The notes: generated by a model not told the origin, from the letters alone. Shown: positions 10,311 to 20,768, numbered from the stretch's first letter. The stretch is 64,000 bases of DNA from Candidatus Multivorans sp. (GCA_965224025.1 OZ245033.1:448001-512000); one strand, 5' to 3'. Made by a program: numbers and translations.

Positions 10311-11996
10311 TTAGTGGACGTGACCCTCGGCCTCGCCGCTGGCCATCAAGGACGAGCGGCGGATCGCGTCGCCGCCGCGGGTCACCAGGCGCTGGCCGTG
10401 CATCAGGCGCTCGACGCGCGCCCGGTCTCCCTGCCGCTTGAGCACGGTCACCCTCTGGCGTACGAAGCTCTCCCCGGAGAGCTGCAGGAACACGACCGGT
10501 ACGCCGCCGTCGTCGACCAACGCCGACTCGGGAACGACGATGCCGGTCTCCTCCTCGTCGAGGAGGATCTGCGCCGCGACAGTCGATCCCAGTGCGATGC
10601 CGGCGCCGGCAAGGCCCGGTGCCTGCAGCAGAACGGTGACGGTACCGGTCCGCGGCGAGACTTCCGGCGCGATCGAGACGAGGGAGAGCCCCTCCTCGAC
10701 TCTCACCGGCTCGCTCTCCGGATCCTCGATAACGAGGCCCCGCACACCCGAGGCGGCGAGCCGGCGCGCTCCCTGAGGCGGCAACGCGACCTCGATCCAC
10801 GCGAGGTCCGTTCGGACCAGACGGGCGAGGGAGTCGCCGGCGGCCACCGTCGCGCCGGGCGTTGTGCTGACCTCGGCGATCTGGCCGGCGAACGGGGCCT
10901 TCAGGGAGATGCCGATGCCGTCCGCTCCACCCTCGCGGGAGGAACGGGCCGACTCGAGGTCGCGTTCCGCCGCCCGGTGTCGCGCCTCGAGTGTCCTGAC
11001 CCGAACCCGAGCCTCCTCCGCCTCGCGCTCGCTGGTCGCTTCGAGAGCCAGAAGTTCTTCCAGGCGCAACCGCCGTGCATGGGCGCTCTCCAGCTCGGTC
11101 GCCAGCGTCTCGAGCTCCGCTTCGAGCGTCGCCAGACTCCGCTCGGCCGCGACCAGCGGGACCACGCGGAACAGGCGGGAGTCCCGCTGCACGCGGCGGC
11201 CGACGAACGGCCAGGCGCTTGAGGCGCCCGGCGGCTGCACGACGCCGTCAACCTGTGCGGTCACCGTGCTCTCGCCACCCGCCGGCGGACGGAAGGTCGC
11301 CAGGCCGGCCACGCTCTCGGCCAACCGCCCCTCCTCGACCCAGGCGGTCGCGAAGGAACTCTGCCACTGCTGCTCCTTGAGGAAGGAGACGGGCTCGCCC
11401 CCGTCGGACCCGGTCGGCGCCGAGGAAGCAACCAGGAGGCCACCCGGGTCGTCAGACGTCCCAACCCGGACCCGGCCGCCCCGGATCTCCTCGGTGCCTT
11501 CCGCATCGTGGATGCGAAACACCACATCGGCGTCGCCGGCCTGCCGCGGCGTCACCTGGATGTCGAAGATCCCGGGCCGGAGCACCTCATCCGCGCCAAA
11601 CACCTGCTCTTCGGAAGCGTCTACGAGCACGATCTCCACTCTGCCGTCCACCACGGGCGTGAAGTCGGCGAGCCGCGTCACGTGGGTGTGAGCCTTCGCC
11701 GCCTGGCCCGCCACCAGAGCGTCGACCTCGGGGAAGACCTCGAAGCGCTCGCCCCAGGCGGTGACGGCCCAGGTTTCGCTCTCGGCGGGCGGCGGCTCGG
11801 CCGGCGGAGCGGCACCGCAGGCGAGCAGGAAGAGCGCGGGGAGCGCGCCAACCCAGCTCCGCCGCGAGCGGGCGCAGCACGGGCCAGGCACACGGCGCTT
11901 CGATCCTGGGAACGCGGGCATCCTGCCCGCATCCGGAGGGGTTCGGCTCCGGGCCTGCTCACACATCTTCGTCATCATCGTTCCACTCCACGTCAT
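10311..11996 (-). CDS. RND efflux periplasmic adaptor (membrane fusion) lipoprotein
   Basis: Lipobox LLAC, LKAPFAGQI lipoyl motif, VVPESALVDDGG, C-terminal GHVH; operon position. Confidence 0.9.
   Translation of the reverse strand: MTWSGTMMTKMCEQARSRTPPDAGRMPAFPGSKRRVPGPCCARSRRSWVGALPALFLLACGAAPPAEPPPAESETWAVTAWGERFEVFPEVDALVAGQAAKAHTHVTRLADFTPVVDGRVEIVLVDASEEQVFGADEVLRPGIFDIQVTPRQAGDADVVFRIHDAEGTEEIRGGRVRVGTSDDPGGLLVASSAPTGSDGGEPVSFLKEQQWQSSFATAWVEEGRLAESVAGLATFRPPAGGESTVTAQVDGVVQPPGASSAWPFVGRRVQRDSRLFRVVPLVAAERSLATLEAELETLATELESAHARRLRLEELLALEATSEREAEEARVRVRTLEARHRAAERDLESARSSREGGADGIGISLKAPFAGQIAEVSTTPGATVAAGDSLARLVRTDLAWIEVALPPQGARRLAASGVRGLVIEDPESEPVRVEEGLSLVSIAPEVSPRTGTVTVLLQAPGLAGAGIALGSTVAAQILLDEEETGIVVPESALVDDGGVPVVFLQLSGESFVRQRVTVLKRQGDRARVERLMHGQRLVTRGGDAIRRSSLMASGEAEGHVH
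11905..11936. repeat. Family-A REP-like palindrome inside the adaptor CDS
   Basis: cctgggaacgcgggcatcctgcccgcatccgg is the exact reverse complement of intergenic 34269..34300. Confidence 0.9.
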
Positions 11997-13228
11997 GGCT
12001 GCGGCTCTCCTCCCGCCCGAGCAGCCGTGAGCAGCGCGGCCGCATCTCCGCCGGACCCCGAGAGTCGATCCAGCTCGCGGTGGGCGGCGAGCGCCGCTTC
12101 GTGCAGATCGAGCATCGCCAGTTCCGCTTCGGTCACCGAGCGGTGCGTTTCGAGCAGATCGGTCACGCCGATCTCGCCCTGGCGAAAGGCCGCCTCGGCG
12201 CCATCCAGCATCCGGTCGCTTCGGCTCAGTTCCTGTCGAGCCTCAGTGAGAGCCGCGGACAGCCGAGCGAAGTTGTCGCTGGCGGCGCCGCGGGAAACGG
12301 TCACTTCCCGCTCGATGAGTTCGAGCCGCGCCCGCGCGGCCTCCAGGCCGGCATTCGCGGTCTTGCGGGATGCCTGCCGGCGAGCGAAGAACGGCAGGGA
12401 CCAGGCGAGTCCAAAGATGGGCCCGTCGACAGCGCCCGGCGTGAGATCCTGCCGCCGCCAGCCCACGGTGACCTCTGGGGAAGCAATGAACCGCCGCGTC
12501 GCTTCCCGAGCGAGTTCCGCGGCGGCAAGGTCCGCTTCGGCGGCGCGCACCCCGGTACCCACCCCATCGAGCGACGGGGCGTCAGGCGGGTCCGGCAGAA
12601 CCGGGTACGCAGCCGCCGGAAGATCGGGGCGCCAGGCGGCTGCCTCGGCTCGCGCCCCTTCGCTCGCCACCTCCGCCAGAACAACGCGGGACCTGAGCGT
12701 GGCGGCAGCCAGCCGGAGGCGATTCGCTTCCAGTCCCGAAGCTTCTCCCCGTTCGGCCCGCGCTGCCTCTCGCTCCGCCAGCGACTCGACGCGCTCCGCC
12801 TGAGCCGCCAGTAGCTGGCGGCGGGCATTGGCCACCGCCCAGCCGGCGTAGGCCTCCCTCATCGCCAGCCGGTAGGTCCGGAACTCGTGCGCCAAACGCG
12901 TCCGAACGGCCTGTACCTCCGATTCGCGAGCCTCGATCTCCGGCCCCCGCTCAGCCCCCGGGATCTGCCAGGAGACCAGGATGTCGGTCTGCCCGATCGG
13001 CCCAGCCGGATCCTCCCGAATGCCTTCCAGCACGGGGTTTGCGAACGTCCTGGCCGCAGTCACGCGGGCCTCCGCGTGCGCCAGGGCCTGGACGCTTTCG
13101 CGCACGGCCGGGTGCTTCTCGTCGAGCGCCGAGAGGTACTCGGCCTCGGTGAGAACCCGCGGCTCCTGGGCCCCGCCGGCAGCGGCGATGAGCCACGCCA
13201 AGAGACTGATCAGACGGAAACGATGCAT
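11993..13228 (-). CDS. TolC/CzcC family outer-membrane efflux protein
   Basis: Signal peptide, helical repeats, AFRQGEIGVTDLLE; ATGA overlap with the adaptor gene. Confidence 0.88.
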   Translation of the reverse strand: MHRFRLISLLAWLIAAAGGAQEPRVLTEAEYLSALDEKHPAVRESVQALAHAEARVTAARTFANPVLEGIREDPAGPIGQTDILVSWQIPGAERGPEIEARESEVQAVRTRLAHEFRTYRLAMREAYAGWAVANARRQLLAAQAERVESLAEREAARAERGEASGLEANRLRLAAATLRSRVVLAEVASEGARAEAAAWRPDLPAAAYPVLPDPPDAPSLDGVGTGVRAAEADLAAAELAREATRRFIASPEVTVGWRRQDLTPGAVDGPIFGLAWSLPFFARRQASRKTANAGLEAARARLELIEREVTVSRGAASDNFARLSAALTEARQELSRSDRMLDGAEAAFRQGEIGVTDLLETHRSVTEAELAMLDLHEAALAAHRELDRLSGSGGDAAALLTAARAGGEPQP

Positions 13229-13288
13229 GCTGACTCCTTTCCACGTCGAGGTCTTGGGCTCGAGATGAGCCCGGCCACGAGCCGTGGA

Positions 13289-13654
13289 TCAGAGAAGCAG
13301 GGAGCAGTGGGATCGGAACAGCGGTGTCGGCGGTCCGCGTCTGGACGAGCCGTCGAAGCGCGATCCCTCGGCGAGGGTTGCCGTCCGCAAGGCTGACGCG
13401 GGAAGCACGGCCGCGAAGGCGGGGCCGGGACCCGGGATCCGCGCCTGACCGTCGAACCACGCATCGTGATCGTGGTCCGGCATCGCCTCAAGATCGTGGC
13501 GATGGCCGTGGGTGGCCGCCCTCGCCAAGTCGGCGAGTTCATGCTCGTGCGCAGCGCCGTGGGGGCCGTGATGTTCGACCGTCAGGTGCAGACCAACCCC
13601 GAGTGCGGCGGCGCCCGGCGCCATCCATCCCAACAGGATGGCGACTGCAACCAT
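13289..13654 (-). CDS. Small His-rich membrane/secreted protein leading the efflux operon (CzcI/DUF2946-like)
   Basis: Hydrophobic N-terminus, HHGPHGAAHEH...HGHRH...HDHD, C-terminal RGPP..LFRSHCSLLL; start uncertain. Confidence 0.6.
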   Translation of the reverse strand: MVAVAILLGWMAPGAAALGVGLHLTVEHHGPHGAAHEHELADLARAATHGHRHDLEAMPDHDHDAWFDGQARIPGPGPAFAAVLPASALRTATLAEGSRFDGSSRRGPPTPLFRSHCSLLL

Positions 13655-13755
13655 GCGCTTGAGCGGGGCGCTCACAAGAGGCACTGTGACAGAAGCGCCA
13701 CGGTTGGTCAACGAAACCCGCAGTCCACGAACGGCGATACGCTTGCCGCTTGCAC

Positions 13756-16116
13756 ATGCCGAAACCAAACCTGGGAACCCGTGTGGCGCGACCTCGCGCC
13801 ACACGCGAACCACTCCGTGCGCCCGTCATCGGGCGCACGGATGGCACGCGGGCATCCTGCCCGCATCCGGCCCAACGGGCCGGTCTGCTTGGCGTTGTCC
13901 CTTCATACCTGCGGACGCCCCTGCGTCTGTTCTGCGCCGCTCTGGCCTGCTCGATCTTCGCTGCCTGCGGCGGCGAGTATCCGCCGCCGCCCTCGACGGA
14001 GCAGATCCCCTTCACCGAGACGATCCACGGGGTCGAGTTCCAGGATCCCTACCGCTGGCTGGAGGACCAGGACAGCCCGGCAACCCGCGCCTTCATCGAC
14101 CGGCAGAACGAGTACGCGGAGCAGATCCTGGGCCAGCCGCCGGAACGCGATTGGGCTCGACGGCGGCTACGCGAACTCATGGGAACGCCGGCCATCGGCT
14201 CGCCCAACAAGGCGGGCGACTACGAGCTCTTCACCCTGCGCCGGGCCGGCGAGGAACTGGCCTCGATCGTTCGCCGTGAGGCGCCGGAGGATGCGCCCGA
14301 GGGTGCACCCGGGCCGATCGACCCGGCGCGCGACTACGAGGTCGTGGTCGACCCGGCGGATCTCGGCGGCGACTACACGCACCTCGACGTCGTGTCCGTT
14401 TCGCCCGACGGGCGGCTCCTGCTCTACAACGTGCGAGTCGGCGGCGAGGACGAGACCACGGCCCGCTTGCGCGACCTCGAGCAGAACGTCGACCTCGACT
14501 TCGAGCTGCCCCGGGCGTTGAACGACCAGGCGTTCTTCGCGAAGGACGGCAGCGGCATCTACTACACGGTCCGCGACCGCAGCGAGGGATCGCGCGTTCG
14601 TTTCCATACCTTCGGCACCGACCGGGCGGACGATGCTCTCGTGTTCGGCGAGGGAATCGGGCCGCGGAGCTTCGTCCGCGCCGAGCAGCTCGACGACGCG
14701 TTGCTGCTCGTCGGCGTTCAACACGGATGGGCCCGTAGCGACCTCCATCTCGTGGAGGTGGGAACCTGGAAGGCGACGCCGCTCGTCACCGACACGGAGG
14801 CGCGCTTCAACACCCACACCGCCGACGGCAGGCTGTTCGTGCGCACGAACCTGGACGCGCCGCTGAACCGGCTGATGGAGGTCGACCTCGACCGGCCGGC
14901 GGTCGCGAGCCCGGGTGGCGCGTTGTCGCGCCACACGCGAACCAGTCCGAGCGCCCGTCATCGGGCGCTCGGATGGAACTGGCGCGAGGTCGTGCCCGAA
15001 GCCGACGACGTGCTGCAAGGCGTCGCCGTCATCGACGGCAAGCTCTACCTGACCTACCTGCACCATGTGGCGAGCCGCATCCGGGTGTTCGAGTTCGACG
15101 GCACGCCGGCCGGCGAGGTCGAAGTGCCCGAACACCACAGCGCCAGCATTCGCGCGGCTGGGGAGGGCAAGGCTCTTCTCTCGCTGGTCTCCTTCCTGCA
15201 GCCGCCCGTGACCTGGCTGCTCGATCTGGAGGCGGGCACGCGCGAAATCTTCCGCGAGCCCCAAGCGCTCTTTTCGGCCGACGGCTACACCGTCCAGCAG
15301 GTGCGCTACACCTCGAAGGACGGCACGTCCGCGCCGATGTACGTCGTCCACCGCGAGGACTTCGAATCCGACGGAAGCGCTCCCGCCCTGCTCAACGGCT
15401 ATGGCGGCTTCAACGTCTCCCTCACCCCGCGTTTCAATCCGCTGGCGGCCCTGTGGATCGAGGCCGGCGGCGTGTACGCCGTCGCCACGCTCCGGGGCGG
15501 CAGCGAGTACGGCGAGGAGTGGCACCAGGGCGGGATGCTCCACAACAAGCAGAACGTCTTCGACGACTTCATCTCGGCCGGCGAATGGCTGATCGCCGAG
15601 GGCTACAGCGACCCCGAGCGCCTGGCGATCCACGGCGCGAGCAACGGCGGACTGCTCGTCGGCGCCTCCTTGACTCAACGCCCCGATCTCTACCGCGCGG
15701 TGCTCTGCGGCTTCCCCGAACTCGACCTGATCCGCTTCTACACCTTCACCGACGCGAACAACATGCCCGCCCTGCTCGAGTACGGCGACGGAGAGATTCC
15801 CGACCAGTTCGAGTCCCTGCGCGGCTTCTCGCCCTATCAGGCGGTCAAGGACGGCGTCGCCTACCCCGCCGTCATGCTGACCCAGGGCGACCGCGACACC
15901 CGGGTGCCGCCGCTCCAGGCGCGCAAGATGGCGGCCCGCCTCCAGGCGGCGACGTCTTCGGGCCTGCCGGTGATCCTGCGCTATCACCCGTACGCCGGGC
16001 ACGCCGCGAGTCGGGGTCTGCCGACGTCGGAGCGGATCGAGTTCGTGGCGGCGGAGGCTGCGTTTCTGTTCACGCAGACGGGGTTGGGGGCGGCAGGGAC
16101 GGCATCGGGTGACTGA
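13756..16116 (+). CDS. Prolyl oligopeptidase (S9A) lipoprotein with in-frame repeat insertions
   Basis: [20 protein letters not shown] (catalytic Ser), DTRV, AGH; lipobox FAAC; start uncertain. Confidence 0.92.
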   Translation: MPKPNLGTRVARPRATREPLRAPVIGRTDGTRASCPHPAQRAGLLGVVPSYLRTPLRLFCAALACSIFAACGGEYPPPPSTEQIPFTETIHGVEFQDPYRWLEDQDSPATRAFIDRQNEYAEQILGQPPERDWARRRLRELMGTPAIGSPNKAGDYELFTLRRAGEELASIVRREAPEDAPEGAPGPIDPARDYEVVVDPADLGGDYTHLDVVSVSPDGRLLLYNVRVGGEDETTARLRDLEQNVDLDFELPRALNDQAFFAKDGSGIYYTVRDRSEGSRVRFHTFGTDRADDALVFGEGIGPRSFVRAEQLDDALLLVGVQHGWARSDLHLVEVGTWKATPLVTDTEARFNTHTADGRLFVRTNLDAPLNRLMEVDLDRPAVASPGGALSRHTRTSPSARHRALGWNWREVVPEADDVLQGVAVIDGKLYLTYLHHVASRIRVFEFDGTPAGEVEVPEHHSASIRAAGEGKALLSLVSFLQPPVTWLLDLEAGTREIFREPQALFSADGYTVQQVRYTSKDGTSAPMYVVHREDFESDGSAPALLNGYGGFNVSLTPRFNPLAALWIEAGGVYAVATLRGGSEYGEEWHQGGMLHNKQNVFDDFISAGEWLIAEGYSDPERLAIHGASNGGLLVGASLTQRPDLYRAVLCGFPELDLIRFYTFTDANNMPALLEYGDGEIPDQFESLRGFSPYQAVKDGVAYPAVMLTQGDRDTRVPPLQARKMAARLQAATSSGLPVILRYHPYAGHAASRGLPTSERIEFVAAEAAFLFTQTGLGAAGTASGD
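13771..13870 (+). repeat. Family-B double-hairpin element (13779..13844) nested inside a family-A REP
   Basis: ctgggaac + 66-nt element B + cac + gcgggcatcctgcccgcatccgg. Confidence 0.85.
14911..14976 (+). repeat. Family-B double-hairpin element, in frame inside the peptidase gene
   Basis: Aligns end to end with 13779..13844; stems GTGGCGCG/CGCGCCAC and TCCGAGCGCCCG/CGGGCGCTCGGA. Confidence 0.92.
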
Positions 16117-16352
16117 CTGCAGATCGAAATGCGGAGCTATGCAAGACTTCGACATCGCTCCAGAGGCGGTGCCGAAGTTCGGCACAACGCCCGTTCCATC
16201 CCGAATCCGGGCAGTCTCCACCCGGACGAGGGGCGGTGCCGATCCCGCCATGCGGCGTGCTAGGTTCGCCACGCGGCATCTCTGTTCACGGAGTGGTCGT
16301 CGATGCTAAGCTGCACCGTTGCTCTTCCTGAACCACCGAGGAGCCCGATCCA

Positions 16353-16598
16353 ATGAGTGAAGCGCTTCTAGATGCCCCGCCCGGCAAGGAGAAACAGATC
16401 TTCTTCGAGTCCTTGGAAGCCGCCGAGGAAGCGGCTCGTCTGCGAAAGAGGGGCGCGACCGAGTCCGGCTTGGTGATTCGCGTTGAGCGTTCGCCATATG
16501 GTGCCGGATATGTCGTGCGCTCGGTTCCGCTTGGTTTCCTCAGCAGGCCGCGGCTCCGGCCACTTCTCCGGCCGCTAGCGCGAAACTACGGCCAGTGA
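16353..16598 (+). CDS. Small hypothetical protein
   Basis: 81 aa; GAGGAG RBS; stop overlaps a short GTG-initiated ORF. Confidence 0.45.
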   Translation: MSEALLDAPPGKEKQIFFESLEAAEEAARLRKRGATESGLVIRVERSPYGAGYVVRSVPLGFLSRPRLRPLLRPLARNYGQ

Positions 16599-16693
16599 CC
16601 GAAGAGAAGGAGTTGACCAGGCTCGGCGCGATAAGAGAGCTCATCGAACTCGAGCAACGCTGCGGACTCGTCTAGCTTGCCGCAGTAGCGTCG

Positions 16694-16760
16694 CTGCTTC
16701 GGCACGCGCCGCGCCACCTGTGAACCAGTCCGTGCGCCCGCCATCGGGCGCACGGATGGC
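16694..16760 (+). repeat. Degenerate family-B element between convergent genes
   Basis: gaaccagtccgtgcgcccgccatcgggcgcacggatggc. Confidence 0.8.
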
Positions 16761-16789
16761 AGGCCGGCACACCCAGTGGCTGGCGGGGG

Positions 16790-17328
16790 CTACGGCAGGG
16801 GGAAGTCCTCCAGGTAGTACTCGTAGTCGGGCTCGACGTCGGTGTCGAGCGTGTCGAGTACGCGGACGACGCCGTTGTAGAACGCGACGATGATCGTCAG
16901 TTCGACCAGGAGCTCCGCGTCCAGGTGAGGTCGCAGAGCGTCGAGATCTCGGCGCTGATGCCGGGGCCGAGCGTGGCCTCGTCGGTGGCGGTCAGGACCA
17001 GCCGCTCCATCTCGGTGAGCGCCTCGGCCTCCGGCCCCACGGCCACGGCCCGGATATCGTCGTCCGAGAGGCCGAAGTGGCGGCCGAGCTGGACGTGGTG
17101 GCTGTACTCGTAATCGGTCCGTGTCACTACGCCGACGCGGAGGATCGCCATCTCCCGTAACCGGGGGTCGGAGCGGGACTTGAAACGAATCCACGCGCCG
17201 AGCTGGCGAAACGCCCGCGTGCCGGATGGGCTGTAGACGAGGATCCGCGCCAGGTTGATCGGCGGATTGAGCAGGTCGCGGTCCGGTGGAGCGAGATCGT
17301 CGGCGTTCAGGTAGGGAAGTCGAGCCAT
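16790..17328 (-). pseudogene. Carboxymuconolactone decarboxylase/AhpD-like protein, frameshifted near 16945
   Basis: DPRLREMAILRVG...YEYSHH in one frame and LVELTIIVAFYNGVVR in another. Confidence 0.8.
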
Positions 17329-17369
17329 GGAGGACCTTTCTCGGGGTTTGGTGGTTCGGCGAAGGCCGG

Positions 17370-17803
17370 TCAGCGGACGGGAGACAACACGGTGACGCCG
17401 CCGTCGACGACGAGCGCCTGGCCGGTGATGTAGCGCGCGTGTTCGGAGGCCAAGAACACGACCGCGCGACCGATGTCCCAGCCGGTTCCTTCGATCCGCA
17501 GCGCCGAGGCGTTCTTGCGCCGTTCGCGGATCTCGGGCGTCATCGTCGGGCGCTGGACCATCGGCGTCCACACCTGCCCGGGGAGCCGCCTTCTCCCTCG
17601 ATCATCTCGATGGTGCCACGGCCCGCTTCCTCGTTTCGGTCCACGACCACGACCTTGGCTCCACCCCGGGCAAGGAGGATCGCGGCGGCGCGGCCATTCC
17701 CGATTCCGTCGCCTCGCGCTCCGCCTCCGATCACCACGGCTGTCCGGCCGCTGAAATCGATGCGATCTCCGCCTGACGAGGAGCTCTCTCCAGCCGTGCT
17801 CAC
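17370..17803 (-). pseudogene. SDR oxidoreductase with the central region deleted
   Basis: N-terminal Rossmann GDGIGNGRAAA joined out of frame near 17585 to PGQVWTPM...YITGQALVVDGG; YxxxK missing. Confidence 0.85.
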
Positions 17804-19353
17804 CTGCCCAGCACCGCCTCCCTGCATTCGAAGCTGGCCGCGTCCCTGGGATCGCCGCTGCCGGAGTAGACCGCCACCCGCGGATACCGACAGATCGGCC
17901 GCGATTCGGCGATCTCGCCGTCGCCCCCGTCATCCCGGCGGACTCCGTCCAGCGTCTCGGGCGCAACGCCCTCCTCGACCCAGCGGACAACGGCGGCGAA
18001 GGGGTTGTCCGGAGTACGACCCGGAATGTCGCGGCAATGCAACGCGCCGGGGGCCAGGAAGAGGCGCAGGAGGTCGCCGGTATCGCCCATGCGACGCTCG
18101 ACGCCCTCGAACCAGTCGATCGTGCCCTGGGTGTAGATCAGCGGATCGGACCAGCCGTGCCAGACGATCGCCTTGCCGTCGCTGTCGCGAAAGCCCGAGA
18201 GATCGGCGCGGTCGGTGCCGAACACACGCCCGAACTCTTCGACGGACTGATCCCAGTAGTGCTCGTAGGAGGCCTGGGTCAGCGCGGTCCAGTCGAAGTC
18301 CGGGTCGCGGGCCAGGAAGTAGCGGAACCAGTCCAGGGTGATCCGCATCGGCCGGCCCGCGGGCGGATCGCCGGCCGTCCCGTTCAGAGGCATGAAGTCG
18401 GTCCCGAGCGCGAGGCCGTACCAGAGGAAGGAGCCGTCTCGTCTACGGGGGCCTTCGAGGATCTTCCGGATGACGGCGATGTCGGCCTCGGTGACTGGCC
18501 CGCAATCTTCAGCCTCGGCGCCGAGGAGTTCCGCAGGATCGAACGGACACTGCCGCGGTTCGGGGATCACGCCGTCGGCGACGCCGTCCTGCAGGTCACA
18601 GGCTTCGACCGCCCCTGCCTGGGCTAGCCGGAAGGCGCACGGACGCACGAAGTGGCCGCTCTCGAGCATGACGAGTTGTCCCCACATCTGGGCGAGGTGC
18701 AACCGGTCCCAGTTGATCGCCGGCGCGCCGGAGAGGACGCCGTCGTAGTCGTCGGGGTAGCGCTGGATCTCCATCAACCCCTGGCGGCCGCCTGTGGAGC
18801 AGCCGCGGAAGTAGGAGTACTTCGGCGGCCGGTCGTAGAAGGCCGTGGTCAGTTCCTTGCCGACCCGGGTCATCGCGTGGATGCCGAGGTAGGCGTTGTC
18901 GCGGATCAGCATCCACTCGAGAGCGCCGTCGGCACCGAGCGCGAAGCTGCCGCCGCCCTCGTGGCCCGTGTCCGTGGCGGCCGCCGCGAAGCCTTCCCGT
19001 ACGGCGCCCGGGAGCGTGCGCGGACTGCCGCCGGAGAAGCCGCCGCCGCCGGTGCCGAGGAAGCGGCCGTTCCAGGCTTCGAGGGGAAGGGCTACCCAGA
19101 TCGTGATGCGGTCGTTGGCCGGTGGGTGGGTGGCGGCGACGGTGACCCGGCTGTAGGGAGGGCCGCCGGGGCCGGCGGTTTCGACGACGGCCGAGTCGAC
19201 GGTGGCGTCGGCGAGTTCAAGGCCGGCGAGGCTCTCGCAGGTTCGGGCAGGTTCGACGGAGGCGTAGACCGGCGGCGGAGTCCATTGCCCGGCCGCGGGG
19301 ACGGCGAGGGCCGCCGTCAGGGCGAGGACGGCGGTGATCAGGGAGTACTTCAC
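17800..19353 (-). CDS. Tannase/feruloyl esterase family alpha/beta hydrolase
   Basis: WNGRFLGTGGGGF, GCSTGGRQG, HGWSD, PGALHC; signal peptide from GTG 19353. Confidence 0.92.
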   Translation of the reverse strand: MKYSLITAVLALTAALAVPAAGQWTPPPVYASVEPARTCESLAGLELADATVDSAVVETAGPGGPPYSRVTVAATHPPANDRITIWVALPLEAWNGRFLGTGGGGFSGGSPRTLPGAVREGFAAAATDTGHEGGGSFALGADGALEWMLIRDNAYLGIHAMTRVGKELTTAFYDRPPKYSYFRGCSTGGRQGLMEIQRYPDDYDGVLSGAPAINWDRLHLAQMWGQLVMLESGHFVRPCAFRLAQAGAVEACDLQDGVADGVIPEPRQCPFDPAELLGAEAEDCGPVTEADIAVIRKILEGPRRRDGSFLWYGLALGTDFMPLNGTAGDPPAGRPMRITLDWFRYFLARDPDFDWTALTQASYEHYWDQSVEEFGRVFGTDRADLSGFRDSDGKAIVWHGWSDPLIYTQGTIDWFEGVERRMGDTGDLLRLFLAPGALHCRDIPGRTPDNPFAAVVRWVEEGVAPETLDGVRRDDGGDGEIAESRPICRYPRVAVYSGSGDPRDAASFECREAVLGR

Positions 19354-19409
19354 GGGTCCGTCGCAGAGCTGAAGGCGCAGTATGGTCGCCGCTTCGCGGC
19401 GCGTCTTTC

Positions 19410-19455
19410 TGGCCGCCTTCGGCGGCAGCGGGCCAGAAGGCCCGCGCACCCAGAG
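19410..19455 (+). repeat. Family-C REP-like palindrome
   Basis: gcgggccagaaggcccgcgcacccagag; also at 22233 and inverted at 22361. Confidence 0.88.
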
Positions 19456-19545
19456 ACACACCGTGCCGCTCCAGCCTGCGCTACACGGGCAGAGGGTATC
19501 GTCGCCGGCACATCACCTCGGAGTCGTCCACAAGGAGTACTCAGA

Positions 19546-20637
19546 ATGACGAGATCGAGCGCCCGAACTTCCCCGGCTCTTCCGCTGACTCTGGCTCTGG
19601 CCCTGGCCCTGGCGTTGAGCCTCGGCGCCGGCTACCAGGCAGCGGCTCAGGAATCCGGCTCGGAGGGTTCATGGAACATCGGCGAGCGCACCGTACCGGC
19701 CCCGGCGGGCGCCAGCGACGAACTTCGGGCGGCGCTCGCTGCGATGCCCGCCCCCAACGTGGCTGCCTCCCAGGCGCAGACCCCTCAGACCGAGGAACAG
19801 TGGCTGGCAATCCAGGCGGGCTCCGCCAACGCCGATCTCGAACAGATGGCAAGCGGGTACGGCCTCAAGATCGAGAAGGACGAGATCGAGGGAGTCGCCG
19901 TGTACCGGGTGACGCCGAGCGAGATCGACCCGGCGCACGCGAGGCACATGTTCCTGCACGTCCACGGCGGCGCCTACGTCCTCGGCGGCGGCGACGCCTC
20001 GGCCACCGAGGCTGCCCTGGTTGCGGCCCGGGCCGGCATCCCTGCCCTCTCCGTCGACTACCGCATGCCGCCCAGGCACCCCTTTCCGGCCGCGGTCGAC
20101 GATGTCGTCAAGGTCTACCGGCATCTCCTCGAAAGCCGATCCGCGAAGTCGATCGCCATCGGCGGGACATCCACGGGCGGCGGCCTGGCGCTGGCGTCCG
20201 TTCATCGCTTCCGGGCACTCGGCCTCGAGACGCCCGGCGCCATCTACGCGGGAACCCCATGGGCAGACCTGACCAAGACGGGGGACTCCCTGTTCACGAA
20301 CGAAGGGCTGGATCGCGTCCTGGTGACCTACGACGGGCTCCTGGGGGCGGCCGCGCTGCTATACGCGGATGGCCACGACCTCAAGGACCCGCTCATCTCT
20401 CCTGTGTACGGAGACTTCTCGGGATTCCCGCCGACGTACCTGATCACCGGCACCCGCGACATGTTCCTGAGCGACACCGCGCGCACGCACCGCAAGATGC
20501 GCGAGGCGGGAGCGGTCGCCGACCTTCACGTCTACGAAGGCGTCGCGCACGCTGACTACCTGATCCTCACCGAATCGCCGGAGTCGGAAGATGTGTTCAG
20601 GGAGGTCGGCGCGTTCTTCAGGAAGCACCTGGAGTAG
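19546..20637 (+). CDS. Secreted esterase (HSL family alpha/beta hydrolase)
   Basis: HGGAY, GTSTGG, GTRD, GVAH; AAGGAG RBS and signal peptide. Confidence 0.9.
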   Translation: MTRSSARTSPALPLTLALALALALSLGAGYQAAAQESGSEGSWNIGERTVPAPAGASDELRAALAAMPAPNVAASQAQTPQTEEQWLAIQAGSANADLEQMASGYGLKIEKDEIEGVAVYRVTPSEIDPAHARHMFLHVHGGAYVLGGGDASATEAALVAARAGIPALSVDYRMPPRHPFPAAVDDVVKVYRHLLESRSAKSIAIGGTSTGGGLALASVHRFRALGLETPGAIYAGTPWADLTKTGDSLFTNEGLDRVLVTYDGLLGAAALLYADGHDLKDPLISPVYGDFSGFPPTYLITGTRDMFLSDTARTHRKMREAGAVADLHVYEGVAHADYLILTESPESEDVFREVGAFFRKHLE

Positions 20638-20669
20638 GAGAGGTCGTCGCCGTTTCGCGGCCGTTGTTT

Positions 20670-20696
20670 CCGCGGGTCAGAAGACCCGCGGCTACA
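20670..20696 (+). repeat. REP-like variant GCGGGTCAGAAGACCCGC (second copy 30576..30600)
   Basis: Same architecture as family C with a compensatory C-G to T-A pair. Confidence 0.75.
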
Positions 20697-20768
20697 GGCC
20701 GGAATACCCAGCAAGACGCCGTTGCCAAACGAGGCCTTTCTGCCTTGGACGTACGGCTCGGCCAGCTA

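Noticed and set aside
7198-10314. 1038-aa plus-strand ORF and similar long antisense ORFs (14167..16272, 53780..57355, 58719..60242)
   Set aside because: Shadow frames of real high-GC genes on the opposite strand; no recognisable motifs
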